Shown: positions 1 through 9,267 of the stretch, piece after piece | Layout of the letters: each line of letters starts with the position of its first letter | Position numbering within the stretch: the first letter of the stretch is position 1 | Origin: a virus | Reading direction: 5' to 3' (one strand) | DNA length: 64,000 bases | IMG/VR virus record: IMGVR_UViG_3300018007_000001 | Made by a program: the position numbers and the translations under genes | The notes under the pieces: generated by a model | Database searches by the model: none | What the model was told of the DNA's origin: nothing | Seen by the model: only the letters and a program-made list of their open reading frames with translations

Positions 1-416
1 GGATCGAAGATTGCCCATTCCCTTAACGACCTTATAGGGACCGATGTCCATTCCAAGCGATTTCAGAAACTTCTTAGCGTGATCGCGGTCAAGTTCGAGA
101 TCCTCACCCATGAACGATCCGAAAACCCGATGCCCAAGATCCCGCAAGTGAACTTGCAAATCGCCGTCGTAGGTGTCGGGAAACACCCAGAGGTCGACTT
201 CCTTTTCAACCCGCCAAATGTCGTTTATCCGTGTGACGCCTTCGAGACCATGCCCAATTAGTTCGGCGTTGCTCCGGGCGAAGGCTGGATCTGAGCGAGG
301 GGTAACATAATAGACTCGGCCGAAGTCCTTGGCGAGTAAAGGGGCAAGCTCGCAAAAGAGCCCGTTGTCGTAGATTAAGCAACACTTTGAAGGGTAGCGC
401 TTTTTCGCGTCCAGCA
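1..416 (-). CDS. ATP-grasp-like enzyme (PurD-type N-terminal region); 5' part only, ORF runs off the left edge
   Basis: Hand translation from ATG (414-416, minus) gives MLDAKKRYPSKCCLIYDNGLFCELAPLLAKDFGRVYYVTPRS...DLWVFPDTYDGDLQVHLRDLGHRVFGSFMGEDLELDRDHAKKFLKSLGMDIGPYKVV, open to nt 1. The layout resembles the pre-ATP-grasp plus start of the ATP-grasp fold (from memory). Confidence 0.4.
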
Positions 417-446
417 TGCGCCTATCTTACTACCCTGAACGGGGGA

Positions 447-474
447 TTGACAATATTAGGGCTAGTGATAGGAT
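447..474 (+). promoter_or_regulatory. sigma70-like promoter candidate TTGACA-N16-TAGGAT
   Basis: TTGACA at 447-452 and TAGGAT at 469-474, in a 240-bp AT-richer gap between two minus-strand genes. No clear plus-strand gene lies downstream. Confidence 0.2.
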
Positions 475-658
475 GGGCCGTATGAAAATGGGATCTGGGA
501 GAGAATCGCATGCTAATAATAATTCTAATGCAAATCGTGACATGGAAAGCGCTGCTTATCGCGCTTGGAATCGGAGTTGCGGGAACCCTTTGCTTGTTAA
601 AAGCGATCTATGGCCATTGGCTCGGGCCGACAGACGGGTTTTGGTAAAGGGAGGGCGC

Positions 659-1225
659 CTAATCCGGCTTCTGTTGCTTGAACGTTCGAATCGATTCTTC
701 TCTTGTTTTCGGTTCGCCTTTGATAAAGTGCGAATTGGATTTCGGCTTTTCAACGATGAGTGCGCCAATCGCCTCTTCGTATTCTTTCCACGAGATCCCC
801 ATCTGAGCGGAGAGGGTCATTTCAATCGCTTTGGCCGTTAGGTGTGCGTCACGGTAGGGCGCATCGGGTTCCTCTCCGGGCTCGCCGTTGCCTTTGTATT
901 CAAGATCGAAGGCGTTGATTGTCTCATCGGAGACGCCGGCATTCCGCGCGAGTAATCTTTCAACCATCGCGTGAATCAAGAGCATTTGGTTATAGACGGG
1001 ATTTCCGGTGTCCGTGATTATGAATTCCAGCCGATCCCCGACCTGACGCCAGTCGTCCAATGTCTCATAGGCTTGGGCGTCTTGCTCGACAAAGGAAACC
1101 TTAATGTGCTTGACGCCTGGGTCGATAATTCGGCCAGTTCCTTTGCAGGCGAGGCATTCAAATTCGGAAGGATGCCGACCTGAGCCCTTGCAGTTGTAGC
1201 AGAGTGCGGTTAGCGTATTGGTCAC
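659..1225 (-). CDS. hypothetical protein with DnaJ-type CxxCxGxG zinc-finger repeats
   Basis: 188-aa ORF. Two CxxCxGxG units (CYNCKGSGR, CLACKGTGR) near the N-terminus. GTG start overlaps the stop of the giant gene (GTGA). Confidence 0.55.
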   Translation of the reverse strand: MTNTLTALCYNCKGSGRHPSEFECLACKGTGRIIDPGVKHIKVSFVEQDAQAYETLDDWRQVGDRLEFIITDTGNPVYNQMLLIHAMVERLLARNAGVSDETINAFDLEYKGNGEPGEEPDAPYRDAHLTAKAIEMTLSAQMGISWKEYEEAIGALIVEKPKSNSHFIKGEPKTREESIRTFKQQKPD

Positions 1226-4200
1226 GGAAGGATACTAAACCGGCCGCCGTGTTCTATGCAATTCGCGGCGACCTTTGCGCCCTCGAAAGCCTGGCGAGCG
1301 ATTTCGTCATCAATCTGTTTTAAGAGCGTTTGGCGCTCTGAATCACTCATATTATCAACACGCTTTGTCAACGCGGGGAGCTTGGCGAGGCTAAACATTC
1401 CTGGCGTCTCGACCTCTTCGGGCTTGCCTCCGAACGCCTGAATAAACGCATCAGTCGGCGTTACGGCTTGCGCGAACAGTCCGCCCGGTTCTCGCGCCTC
1501 TGCGTATGTTCTGAAAGCCTTCGCCGTTTTGATCGGCCCCATCTGCAAAGCGTTTCCAAGTTGAATCTCCCTTGCGGTAAACGGCTTTTCAACGAACAGT
1601 GAGCCCTCTTTTTTGGTGTAGCCTTCCAAGTCTTTGCCGACGCCGGCGGCTTTCGCGTCCGTGATCAAATCGATTGCGTTTCTAATCTCTTCGGTCAAAT
1701 CCCATTCCGGGTCGGCCTGTAGCTTAATTAGGCTCGGCGCTGCGCGCTCAATATTCTGGCGGACATAGGATGGCGTGCGCCCCATCTGGTCCAGATCCCG
1801 GAAGATGCGCCCAAGCAACAGGCGTTCAATTCTTTGCCTCGCTTCGGGCAGAATTCCGCCGGCTTTCAATAGTGCGTTTCGTTCCTGGGGCTGGAAGACT
1901 CCGGATTGAATAAGATGCTCGACAATCGCCGGTCCCTTTGCTTCCAGTACCTTTGAGAGCGTAGCCTCCGGGCCGCCAGATTCGATTTGCCCGGCGAGAT
2001 AATTAACCGTCGCGTCTTTCATCTGACCGGCCTCGGCGACAGCCCGCTCTTGAGGGGTCAGGGCGCGAGTTCCGGAAACATTCAACTCGGTAATCGCCTG
2101 ATGCGGCACCAGGTTTTCATCTGTGACCTCGCGCACAAGAATAGGCTGTTTCATTTTGACGATTTCGGGGAGCGCGATTCCGTAGATGGGCGCCTGCTTG
2201 TAGAGTTCGGCCTTGTACGGTTGGCCTGCGCCCTCCGCGCGATAGAAGCGCCCGAGCATCATACTCCGCGAATTGCCCCCGAGGACATTCCCGTTCATAT
2301 CAATGATCGGCGGACCATTTTCGGCCGTGTCGGAATTGTTGATCAACCGCTTGGGCAAAAACTTGTCCGGCGAGGATTGCGTCATAACCTCTTGCTGATA
2401 AAACTTCTCGCGGTCGTAGTGCCGATCATTCACCCATTGATAGGCCGGGTTCGGCTGAAATGTGAGGGGATCGTGAGAAGGGAAGACGTCGGCTAGCTCC
2501 CGAATGGCGTACCTTGCGTTGATCGTTTTATTCGTGCCAGGGATGACGATCTGCGTAGCCTCGCCGATGCTCCGCGGGCCGCCTGGCTCACGAGTTTCAG
2601 AAAGTTTTGGCTTGAGGGTGGTTTCGGTAGGTTCGGCTTCGGGGGCTTCGGTAATTTTTTCGGGTTTTCCACTTGGTTCCTCCTTCGGTTCCGGCGCTGT
2701 CATCTCGCCTACGATCATAGGCAGCGCGTCTTTAATCTTCCCGTGACCTTCTGGTCCTAGCAGGCTTTCAACCTCTTTTTCAATTTCGGCGGGGTCGGCC
2801 ACGTCTTCATCAATCAGCGTTTGAACCAGATCCTTTAGGGCGTCGAGTTGCTGCGCGCTAAGCGGCGCGAGGCTTTCTGCTTCTTGAGAAACTCCCTGAG
2901 CCCCTCTTTCCCGCCCTTTTGCCACTGTTCGAAGGCCTGGACGACCGGCGACCGCTCTTCCTTTTTCTGGAGCTCTGTCTTGTTCAAGTTTTGCTTTGAC
3001 TTCATCTTTGACCTCTTTCAACTTGCCGTCTAAATGGTGGAATCGATTCAATGCGTCAGGCGCAAAGGCCCGCCCTATCATATTGAAATACCCATCCATA
3101 AAGTCGAGTGCGTCATCTTCCGACATTCCAAGTTCTTGTTCTTGTCCCGCCGCAATGTGCGCCGCTGCTTCGTGAACAACGAGCCTGGGGTCGGACAGCC
3201 AAGCGTAGCCCCTCTTCTTGACGGCTTTCGCGACCTTTTGATAACTCGGGATCTCTAAAGCGGCCCCGACCGGGATCTCTTTTCCGTAGTATCTTCTGAC
3301 CGCGTAGTCGGCGACGTGTGTTAATTCGTGCTTGTAGGTGGTCGGGTGTGGGCGCCCGACAGCAAATTCAAATTTAGAACTTGCCCCTTCATAGAGAGCG
3401 CGGGCCAGGGCATGATAATTCTCGGCTTCCTCTCCCGTAGAGCGCCGGGCTTTGGCGGTTGCTTTTGCGGCGTACTGATAGGCGGCCGGGCTGTCCATCG
3501 TGACTCCGGTTATATTGTGGCCGGCCAATTCGCTGAGCATTCCAAGGCCCTTCGGGTTCACGAAGAGGTAATGGCCGCTTGGATCCCAGCCGGCGAGCGC
3601 CATATTGGAGGATTGGGCTTCCCGTGAGGAAACGCGGCCGGAAGGAAGACTTAGGTCTGTAGTTAGCGGGGCCTCGGGCTCGGCGAGCATCCCTAATAGA
3701 CGGGCGGCCTTTTGAGAGCGGGGGTATTCAGCAAGGACGGATTCGGGGACTTTTTCGCCTCGGGCGACCGCCTGTTTGACCAGTTCGGAGTGCATGGGAG
3801 CTTCAGATGGAGGCGGAATTTTCATTCCAGCTTGGCCGGCCAATTGATCAACCTGCGGGCCGGTAAGATTCACCCACTTGGTCGCTTGGCGGATCTGGAC
3901 ACCAGCGGAAGGCGTCATCCGGATATGCTCCGGACTTGTGAGCGGATCGCGTCGATACTGAGTTGTCAACGTGATCGGCCTTCCGACCTGGAGTGCGCTT
4001 GTTATTGCCAGGACTTTTTCCCGGTTCTGCGCCGCCCGATATTCCGCGCGGGTTTGCTGCCAGGGCTCCAGGGCTTGGGCCTCGGCCTTCCGCTTCCGCT
4101 CAGGAGGTTCTTGAACGGCCGCCACGCCGACTGGTCTTTCAGCAGCTCCGGGTTCAACCTCGGGTCGTTTAGCAGCTTCCTCAATTCTCGGTCCACCTTT

Positions 4201-7200
4201 AGCCTCTTCCTCGACCGGCTTCAATTCGCGGCCCACTTTCGAATCCGTCGCAATCGTAATCGGCTTTGTCTTACCGGGAATTTCGACCTTGACCGAATCC
4301 TCATTGGCGGCAACGACGGTCATAGGTTGCCCGCGGTTCAAGGCTGGATGCGTTACCTGATCTCCGACGACAATCTCAATGGGGGCGGGGCGGTCTTTAA
4401 CCGCTACCCGCGCCGGCTCTTCTTCAGGTCGGATTTCGACATGCCGTGATGGTGCTTCCGGCTCTCGCTCAATGACATTGGGGGCTTGGGCTTCGGTTCG
4501 CTGTGCGGGCCGACTGGCGCCTCGTCTGGCTTCCTCTGCGCGTTGAATATCCGCGCCGCCTTCCCCTTCGCTTCCTGCTCGGATTCGCCCTCCGCGATAA
4601 ATTTGTCCCTCATCGCTTCGTATTTCCTCGGCATCGGTAATTCCCCCTTCTGGCGCTGGGCCAAGTTGTTTAGGCGCCGCAGGTCCGGGCGCTAATCCCC
4701 TCGGGCCCTTTGGCGGCGTTGGTTCTTGCGGAGGCTCGCCTTCGCCTAATTGAGCCTGCCCGCCTCTCAAGAATCTGTTTCCTCGGAGCCCGCCCCAGGT
4801 CTGGCCGGCCGAAGGAATTTCACCGACCGGCGTTCTGGCTTCTTCGGGCGCTGGTTCGACCGGCCCCCGAGGCGTGACATTTCGCATTTGGCCGGCGCGT
4901 TCACGAGCAAGGACGTCCCCGAGAAGGTCGCGAACCTCACCCCCAGCGCCCGGAATCTCCAAGGCGGCCCTGACTGCGGGGATAGCCTCAAGTGCAATCA
5001 TCTGAGCGACCGTTTCCTCTATTTCTTTCGCATTCATCAAGCGGCCCTGCCTGGCCCCATTAATAGCTTCAGCCGTCGCAAGAAACGTTCCGGCCCGTAA
5101 GGCGCGCTCGGCGGTCATCCCCACAACTTGGGCCATAACTTTTGCTTGAATCGCTCTGGCTGCGGTGTCGATTGCTTCCTCTTCGGTTCCGGCTGAAAGG
5201 GCCGCCTGAATCATTTCCCTGCTTGGTGTCAAACGGCCGACGAGAGCCTCGCGTAAATACCCGGCAAGCGGCGATTTTGTCACGATCGCATAAGGACCAG
5301 CCGCGGCTAATGCGGTCATGGCGGCGCTTCCCGGGCCCTTTTGTGCGCCCTCGAAAAATCCATAGGAACCCAAGCCGGTAATACCGCCCATTTGCGCGGA
5401 TAGAACGATGGGAAACATGTTCGCTATCAGCTTAGCGCCATGGCGAATCGCCGCGCTCGATTGAGCATCTTTCCCAACGCCATATTTGCCGGCGACATTC
5501 TCCGCTTCGTCCGACAGCCGATCCGCGAGGTCCGACCTTGAAATCTGTCCGTAGACTTTCCCCTTCTTCGCGTACTTTTCAGAAAGTGCGCCTCCAGTCA
5601 ATAAGTCAGAGAAAAATTGATTGGCTTTTCCTACGGGATGATCAAGGTAATCCCCGATGTTGTGAACGGTCTGTGCGAGCCGTGCCGCACTATCCAATAC
5701 GCCCCCAGCGGTCGTATCTAAAAGGCGCTTGGCGTCTGGGCTGTTTTGTAGCAACGCGGCGGCGGCTTTAATATCCGGCGTGATCTTCGGATCTTTGATC
5801 ACGGAGTTAAGGAAGTCATCGCCGGTAAAGTGAAGGCCCCTTGCCATCTCTTCAGTCTGCGTCGCCAACGGCCTGTAAAGCTGGCGGTCTCTCAGAAGGG
5901 CGCTCACGGTTTCAGGGTCAATATTGAATTCCGCAAGTCCTCCGTGTCCCTGGCCCTGCCTAATGATCGAATCAACTGAGCTTTTAGTCGACGTGCCGGG
6001 CTCAACAAGATTTCCTAACGGGTGCTGCCCGTACTTTTCGGTAAGAGCGGCCATTTCCGTGTCGGACAACCCCATCTGGCGGCCAGCGTTATCCTGAATT
6101 TCTTTCAGTATCTGATCGTCCGAATAGCCGGCCTTTCGAAGTCCCTCGATCTGGGCAACGGGAAACGTCGCATACGCGCCGCGGTTAGAAACAACGTTGC
6201 CTTCTGCATCGGTGACTTGCATTCCCTTTCGAGTTGACGAATAGGTCCGCGTCTCGCTGAAGTGATTCAGCGTCTCTTGCATCCAAGACGCATATTGTCC
6301 ATTCGGGTACATCTGAAGATAATTCTTTGCCGCGTCGATTTGCCCGCCAAAGTCCCCGATGTTTCTGGCCTGATGCCAGGCGCCCCAAAGTTCGTCTTCC
6401 GATTTCTGCTTAGGCTGCAGTTTTCCGGAAACATCAGGAAGCGCGCCCTCTTCTTCTTCGGGTGTCGCGGGCCGAGACGTTACGCTCGGGCCTACCTTGG
6501 GAGCCATCCAGTCGGTTAGATCGGGCGGCGCCTCGATGGTATGAGCGGTCGGGCTCGGCCCCATCCGACGTAGCTTTGTAACTAAGTCGAGATATTCAGG
6601 TTTGATCTTCTTATCAAGAACGGTGGCGCTTAGTTCCCCCAGCAGCCGGCCATGGGGCGCTAGGCTCTCGACAACCTTGTTGAGTTTATTCAATCGGGCG
6701 ACAATTTGGCCGCGCGTTGTGGGCGCTGGCGTTTCATCGGTTATTACATTTCCGCCTTCATCGACCAACTTCTCACCAACCCAATGAGGAGCACTCGGTA
6801 GCGCATACTTGGATTCGTTCGAGAATGTTTTGTGGTAGGGCGTTTTATAGGTGTCGGGGAAATGCATGCGACGGTCGAAAGCACTCAATGCTTGTTTAGC
6901 GTCCGGGTCGCCAGCCATCAGGGCCTTATAAAAACCGCGCATGTCGTAGTCCGCATTGGGTTCGTCGCGCCACGGTACATGGTTGGCTTTAACCCATTGC
7001 TGGAATTTTTGCTCATCCGCGGGTGCTAGCGTCGTGACGTAAGGCCCCGGCTTGGCGTGCGCGTTAGCAGATTCGATTCCCTCATACGGCCCAACCCTCA
7101 AGATCCGGTTCCACTGGTCATACAAACTCTCATCGGAGGCTACAGGCATACGCTGTGGCTTGGATTCTGGCTCTGTAGGCTCCTTGCCCACCTGGACAGC

Positions 7201-7416
7201 CGTTCTATCCCCGGAAGCGGGCTCGGGCGCTTGTAGGCGATTCTGTGGCGATGTGGCGCTTTTTGACACATCTGCGACCGCCCGAATGTAGGGATCGATC
7301 GCCTCATGCTTGATTTCGGAGAATCCAGGAGTTTTAGGAAGAGGGGACGGCGTTTCGCCGCTGATGATTTGCGGGATTATCTGAGCGTAAGGATCGGTTT
7401 GCTCGAGTCCGTTCAT
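1222..7416 (-). CDS. giant polyvalent virion protein (internal/ejected protein candidate) with HExxH metallopeptidase-like and ParB/Srx-like motifs
   Basis: Uninterrupted 2064-aa ORF. HELTH at aa 1363-1367 (nt 3316-3330). IIDMNGNVLGGNSRSMML, with GGNSR at nt 2266-2280, resembles the ParB-fold GxxR motif. Long P/E/G/A-rich linkers. It is the last gene of the virion module. Confidence 0.6.
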   Translation of the reverse strand: MNGLEQTDPYAQIIPQIISGETPSPLPKTPGFSEIKHEAIDPYIRAVADVSKSATSPQNRLQAPEPASGDRTAVQVGKEPTEPESKPQRMPVASDESLYDQWNRILRVGPYEGIESANAHAKPGPYVTTLAPADEQKFQQWVKANHVPWRDEPNADYDMRGFYKALMAGDPDAKQALSAFDRRMHFPDTYKTPYHKTFSNESKYALPSAPHWVGEKLVDEGGNVITDETPAPTTRGQIVARLNKLNKVVESLAPHGRLLGELSATVLDKKIKPEYLDLVTKLRRMGPSPTAHTIEAPPDLTDWMAPKVGPSVTSRPATPEEEEGALPDVSGKLQPKQKSEDELWGAWHQARNIGDFGGQIDAAKNYLQMYPNGQYASWMQETLNHFSETRTYSSTRKGMQVTDAEGNVVSNRGAYATFPVAQIEGLRKAGYSDDQILKEIQDNAGRQMGLSDTEMAALTEKYGQHPLGNLVEPGTSTKSSVDSIIRQGQGHGGLAEFNIDPETVSALLRDRQLYRPLATQTEEMARGLHFTGDDFLNSVIKDPKITPDIKAAAALLQNSPDAKRLLDTTAGGVLDSAARLAQTVHNIGDYLDHPVGKANQFFSDLLTGGALSEKYAKKGKVYGQISRSDLADRLSDEAENVAGKYGVGKDAQSSAAIRHGAKLIANMFPIVLSAQMGGITGLGSYGFFEGAQKGPGSAAMTALAAAGPYAIVTKSPLAGYLREALVGRLTPSREMIQAALSAGTEEEAIDTAARAIQAKVMAQVVGMTAERALRAGTFLATAEAINGARQGRLMNAKEIEETVAQMIALEAIPAVRAALEIPGAGGEVRDLLGDVLARERAGQMRNVTPRGPVEPAPEEARTPVGEIPSAGQTWGGLRGNRFLRGGQAQLGEGEPPQEPTPPKGPRGLAPGPAAPKQLGPAPEGGITDAEEIRSDEGQIYRGGRIRAGSEGEGGADIQRAEEARRGASRPAQRTEAQAPNVIEREPEAPSRHVEIRPEEEPARVAVKDRPAPIEIVVGDQVTHPALNRGQPMTVVAANEDSVKVEIPGKTKPITIATDSKVGRELKPVEEEAKGGPRIEEAAKRPEVEPGAAERPVGVAAVQEPPERKRKAEAQALEPWQQTRAEYRAAQNREKVLAITSALQVGRPITLTTQYRRDPLTSPEHIRMTPSAGVQIRQATKWVNLTGPQVDQLAGQAGMKIPPPSEAPMHSELVKQAVARGEKVPESVLAEYPRSQKAARLLGMLAEPEAPLTTDLSLPSGRVSSREAQSSNMALAGWDPSGHYLFVNPKGLGMLSELAGHNITGVTMDSPAAYQYAAKATAKARRSTGEEAENYHALARALYEGASSKFEFAVGRPHPTTYKHELTHVADYAVRRYYGKEIPVGAALEIPSYQKVAKAVKKRGYAWLSDPRLVVHEAAAHIAAGQEQELGMSEDDALDFMDGYFNMIGRAFAPDALNRFHHLDGKLKEVKDEVKAKLEQDRAPEKGRAVAGRPGLRTVAKGRERGAQGVSQEAESLAPLSAQQLDALKDLVQTLIDEDVADPAEIEKEVESLLGPEGHGKIKDALPMIVGEMTAPEPKEEPSGKPEKITEAPEAEPTETTLKPKLSETREPGGPRSIGEATQIVIPGTNKTINARYAIRELADVFPSHDPLTFQPNPAYQWVNDRHYDREKFYQQEVMTQSSPDKFLPKRLINNSDTAENGPPIIDMNGNVLGGNSRSMMLGRFYRAEGAGQPYKAELYKQAPIYGIALPEIVKMKQPILVREVTDENLVPHQAITELNVSGTRALTPQERAVAEAGQMKDATVNYLAGQIESGGPEATLSKVLEAKGPAIVEHLIQSGVFQPQERNALLKAGGILPEARQRIERLLLGRIFRDLDQMGRTPSYVRQNIERAAPSLIKLQADPEWDLTEEIRNAIDLITDAKAAGVGKDLEGYTKKEGSLFVEKPFTAREIQLGNALQMGPIKTAKAFRTYAEAREPGGLFAQAVTPTDAFIQAFGGKPEEVETPGMFSLAKLPALTKRVDNMSDSERQTLLKQIDDEIARQAFEGAKVAANCIEHGGRFSILP
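4404..4634 (-). CDS. candidate overprinted small ORF (76 aa) in an alternative frame of the giant gene
   Basis: ATG at 4634 is preceded by AAGGGGGA 7 nt upstream. Product is MPRKYEAMRDKFIAEGESEQEAKGKAARIFNAQRKPDEAPV..., which reads as helical and protein-like. It lies over a low-complexity linker of the giant ORF. Confidence 0.25.
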   Translation of the reverse strand: MPRKYEAMRDKFIAEGESEQEAKGKAARIFNAQRKPDEAPVGPHSEPKPKPPMSLSESRKHHHGMSKSDLKKSRRG

Positions 7417-7422
7417 CGAAGG

Positions 7423-8829
7423 TCATTGTACACTATACCCGTGAGCTTCCAAGTCCTGCCTGAGTGAATCAATATCGGTTATCCCTCTGGCCTGCACGTC
7501 CGGATGCTGGAGAAGTTGCGCCAGCGCCGAAGATGGAACGGTCTTCCCTGGACTCGATTCTTGATTACTCAACGTCGGGACGCCGTTTTGCATTGACGCC
7601 TCGGTATCAGCTTCGCCCTCCGGTTCTTCAAGACCGCCTTCGCCGGGCTCAGTCATTTGAGCGGTCGGCTTAGTGACCGTGTGCTTGAAAGGGTCGCGCT
7701 TTGGCGGCGTGTAACCCGGAGCGGGGGTTTGGTCTACGTCGGTCTCTTCGTCCGTGTCGCCCCCGCCCCCTTCGGAAGTCGCGGCGCTCGGGATGAACTT
7801 CACGAATGGATACCCCCCGGCACCGGGCCCGCCCTGAATCTCATCAGGGTAAGCCGCCGTAGCCTCATCGACCGCGGCTTTGGCCGCTTCCCAATCGCCC
7901 GGAAGGTCGGATGTCCTGGCCTTGTTGATGAGCGTCTGAGCACGAGTGAGCATTGTTCGTGCGCCAGCAGAGGGACCGGCCTTTACGGTTTTCTCCTTTG
8001 TTTTCTTGCCAGCGCCTTTAATGATTCCGAGATCAACAATTTTCCGAGTTTTCGGATCGTAGGCGGCATAGTGAGCATCGCCCTTGTCGTCTACCGTATG
8101 GCTGAAGTCCGTCAGATCCGGATTCTGTCTTTTTTTCGCTTCTTCAATGTTCTTCAAAGCCTGGGCGCGTCGCTCCGCAGCCAAGCCCGGAGCTTCGACT
8201 TTAGATCGGCGCACGGCCTGAGTCGGCCCAAAGCCTTCAAGTGGCCCGGCCGGCACGGTGACATAAGGATCGGTGATATTCAGCTCGGCCTCTTTTTCAA
8301 TTCCCGCCGCCCTGCCCCTTTGCGCCGCCCCCTCGGTCTCAGCGGCGATTTCTTCTTTCCGGCTTGGCAGGTTGTATTGCTGACCGCCCGGAGCTGTTAC
8401 TGTTGGCCTGAAAGACTCGGCGGTTGGTGGCCCCAGCGCTTCCCTTGCCGCCGCGTCCCGTCTGACGGCTCCTGGCGTCGCGGGGATCGCATGGGCCTTG
8501 GCAAGCGCCAGGGTCGTATTGAAATCTTCAATCTGTCGGGCTCGCTTTGCCTCATCAAGTTTCAATTGAAACATCTGAGCCTGTTGCTCGCGCTGTTGTT
8601 TCCTGAGCTTCAGATTCTCGACATAATCATGCATCTCCATAGCCATTCGGTACGGGCGAAACATTCCCAAAATGGTTTTGAACATGCTTTGATGATCGAC
8701 ACTCGGTTGGGGGACCGGGGGCGGCGCGGTGTTCATGTCCTGAAGAGGCAACGGGGAAGGGGCCGGTAGCTGATTGGGCGCCGGCATCGGGGCGGACATA
8801 TCGGGAATGACAGGAAAGACTGAGCCCAT
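7423..8829 (-). CDS. hypothetical virion-associated protein (P-rich N-terminus, coiled-coil segment)
   Basis: 468-aa ORF immediately upstream of the giant gene. Coiled-coil-like LKLRKQQREQQAQMFQLKLDEAKRARQIE. No recognisable catalytic motif. Confidence 0.5.
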   Translation of the reverse strand: MGSVFPVIPDMSAPMPAPNQLPAPSPLPLQDMNTAPPPVPQPSVDHQSMFKTILGMFRPYRMAMEMHDYVENLKLRKQQREQQAQMFQLKLDEAKRARQIEDFNTTLALAKAHAIPATPGAVRRDAAAREALGPPTAESFRPTVTAPGGQQYNLPSRKEEIAAETEGAAQRGRAAGIEKEAELNITDPYVTVPAGPLEGFGPTQAVRRSKVEAPGLAAERRAQALKNIEEAKKRQNPDLTDFSHTVDDKGDAHYAAYDPKTRKIVDLGIIKGAGKKTKEKTVKAGPSAGARTMLTRAQTLINKARTSDLPGDWEAAKAAVDEATAAYPDEIQGGPGAGGYPFVKFIPSAATSEGGGGDTDEETDVDQTPAPGYTPPKRDPFKHTVTKPTAQMTEPGEGGLEEPEGEADTEASMQNGVPTLSNQESSPGKTVPSSALAQLLQHPDVQARGITDIDSLRQDLEAHGYSVQ

Positions 8830-8832
8830 GAG

Positions 8833-9267
8833 TTAGACTCCTGGCGCACGTTTCTTCATTTCAGCGATCATTTCCGTTAATGCGCTAAGATCCGGGTTGG
8901 TATTCCGGCGTGCACGAATCGAGTCGAAATAAGAATTCGGATTTGCGACTACCCATCCAATACGCTTCGCTCTCGCCAGAACCCATAGCGCGATTCTTGC
9001 CGCGTAATAGTGCCGACAGTCGTCAACAGTGAAAAGTGTCTGGCATGAATCTGCGGCAAAGCCGAGGCACCGAACGGGGCGGCCGTTTAGGTTAAGGCGC
9101 GAATTAGGAAGCCGGGCGTCAAAACGGTCATAGATTTTCAAATCGCTCAGTATTTCCGCCGAGACATGAAGAATTAGAGCGTTCGGAAAAATCAATTCTC
9201 CGAGCGGAGCCTGCCATGCCGGCTTGATTATCACCATCTCACGTTTAACGCAAGCGCGAAATTTCAT
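8833..9267 (-). CDS. hypothetical protein
   Basis: 144-aa ORF with a 4-nt overlap with the upstream GNAT gene and the same strand and spacing as its neighbours. Confidence 0.6.
   Translation of the reverse strand: MKFRACVKREMVIIKPAWQAPLGELIFPNALILHVSAEILSDLKIYDRFDARLPNSRLNLNGRPVRCLGFAADSCQTLFTVDDCRHYYAARIALWVLARAKRIGWVVANPNSYFDSIRARRNTNPDLSALTEMIAEMKKRAPGV

Noticed and set aside
1987-4449. Several plus-strand ORFs (169, 245 aa and others) within the giant gene
   Set aside because: They are antisense to a 6.2-kb uninterrupted ORF that has recognisable motifs. Their composition is arginine- and glycine-rich, and none has an SD.
7657-8769. 370-aa plus-strand ORF
   Set aside because: It is fully antisense to the protein-like 7423..8829 gene. 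It is R/G/S/F-rich, has no SD, and fits the GC-driven shadow-ORF pattern seen throughout the window.
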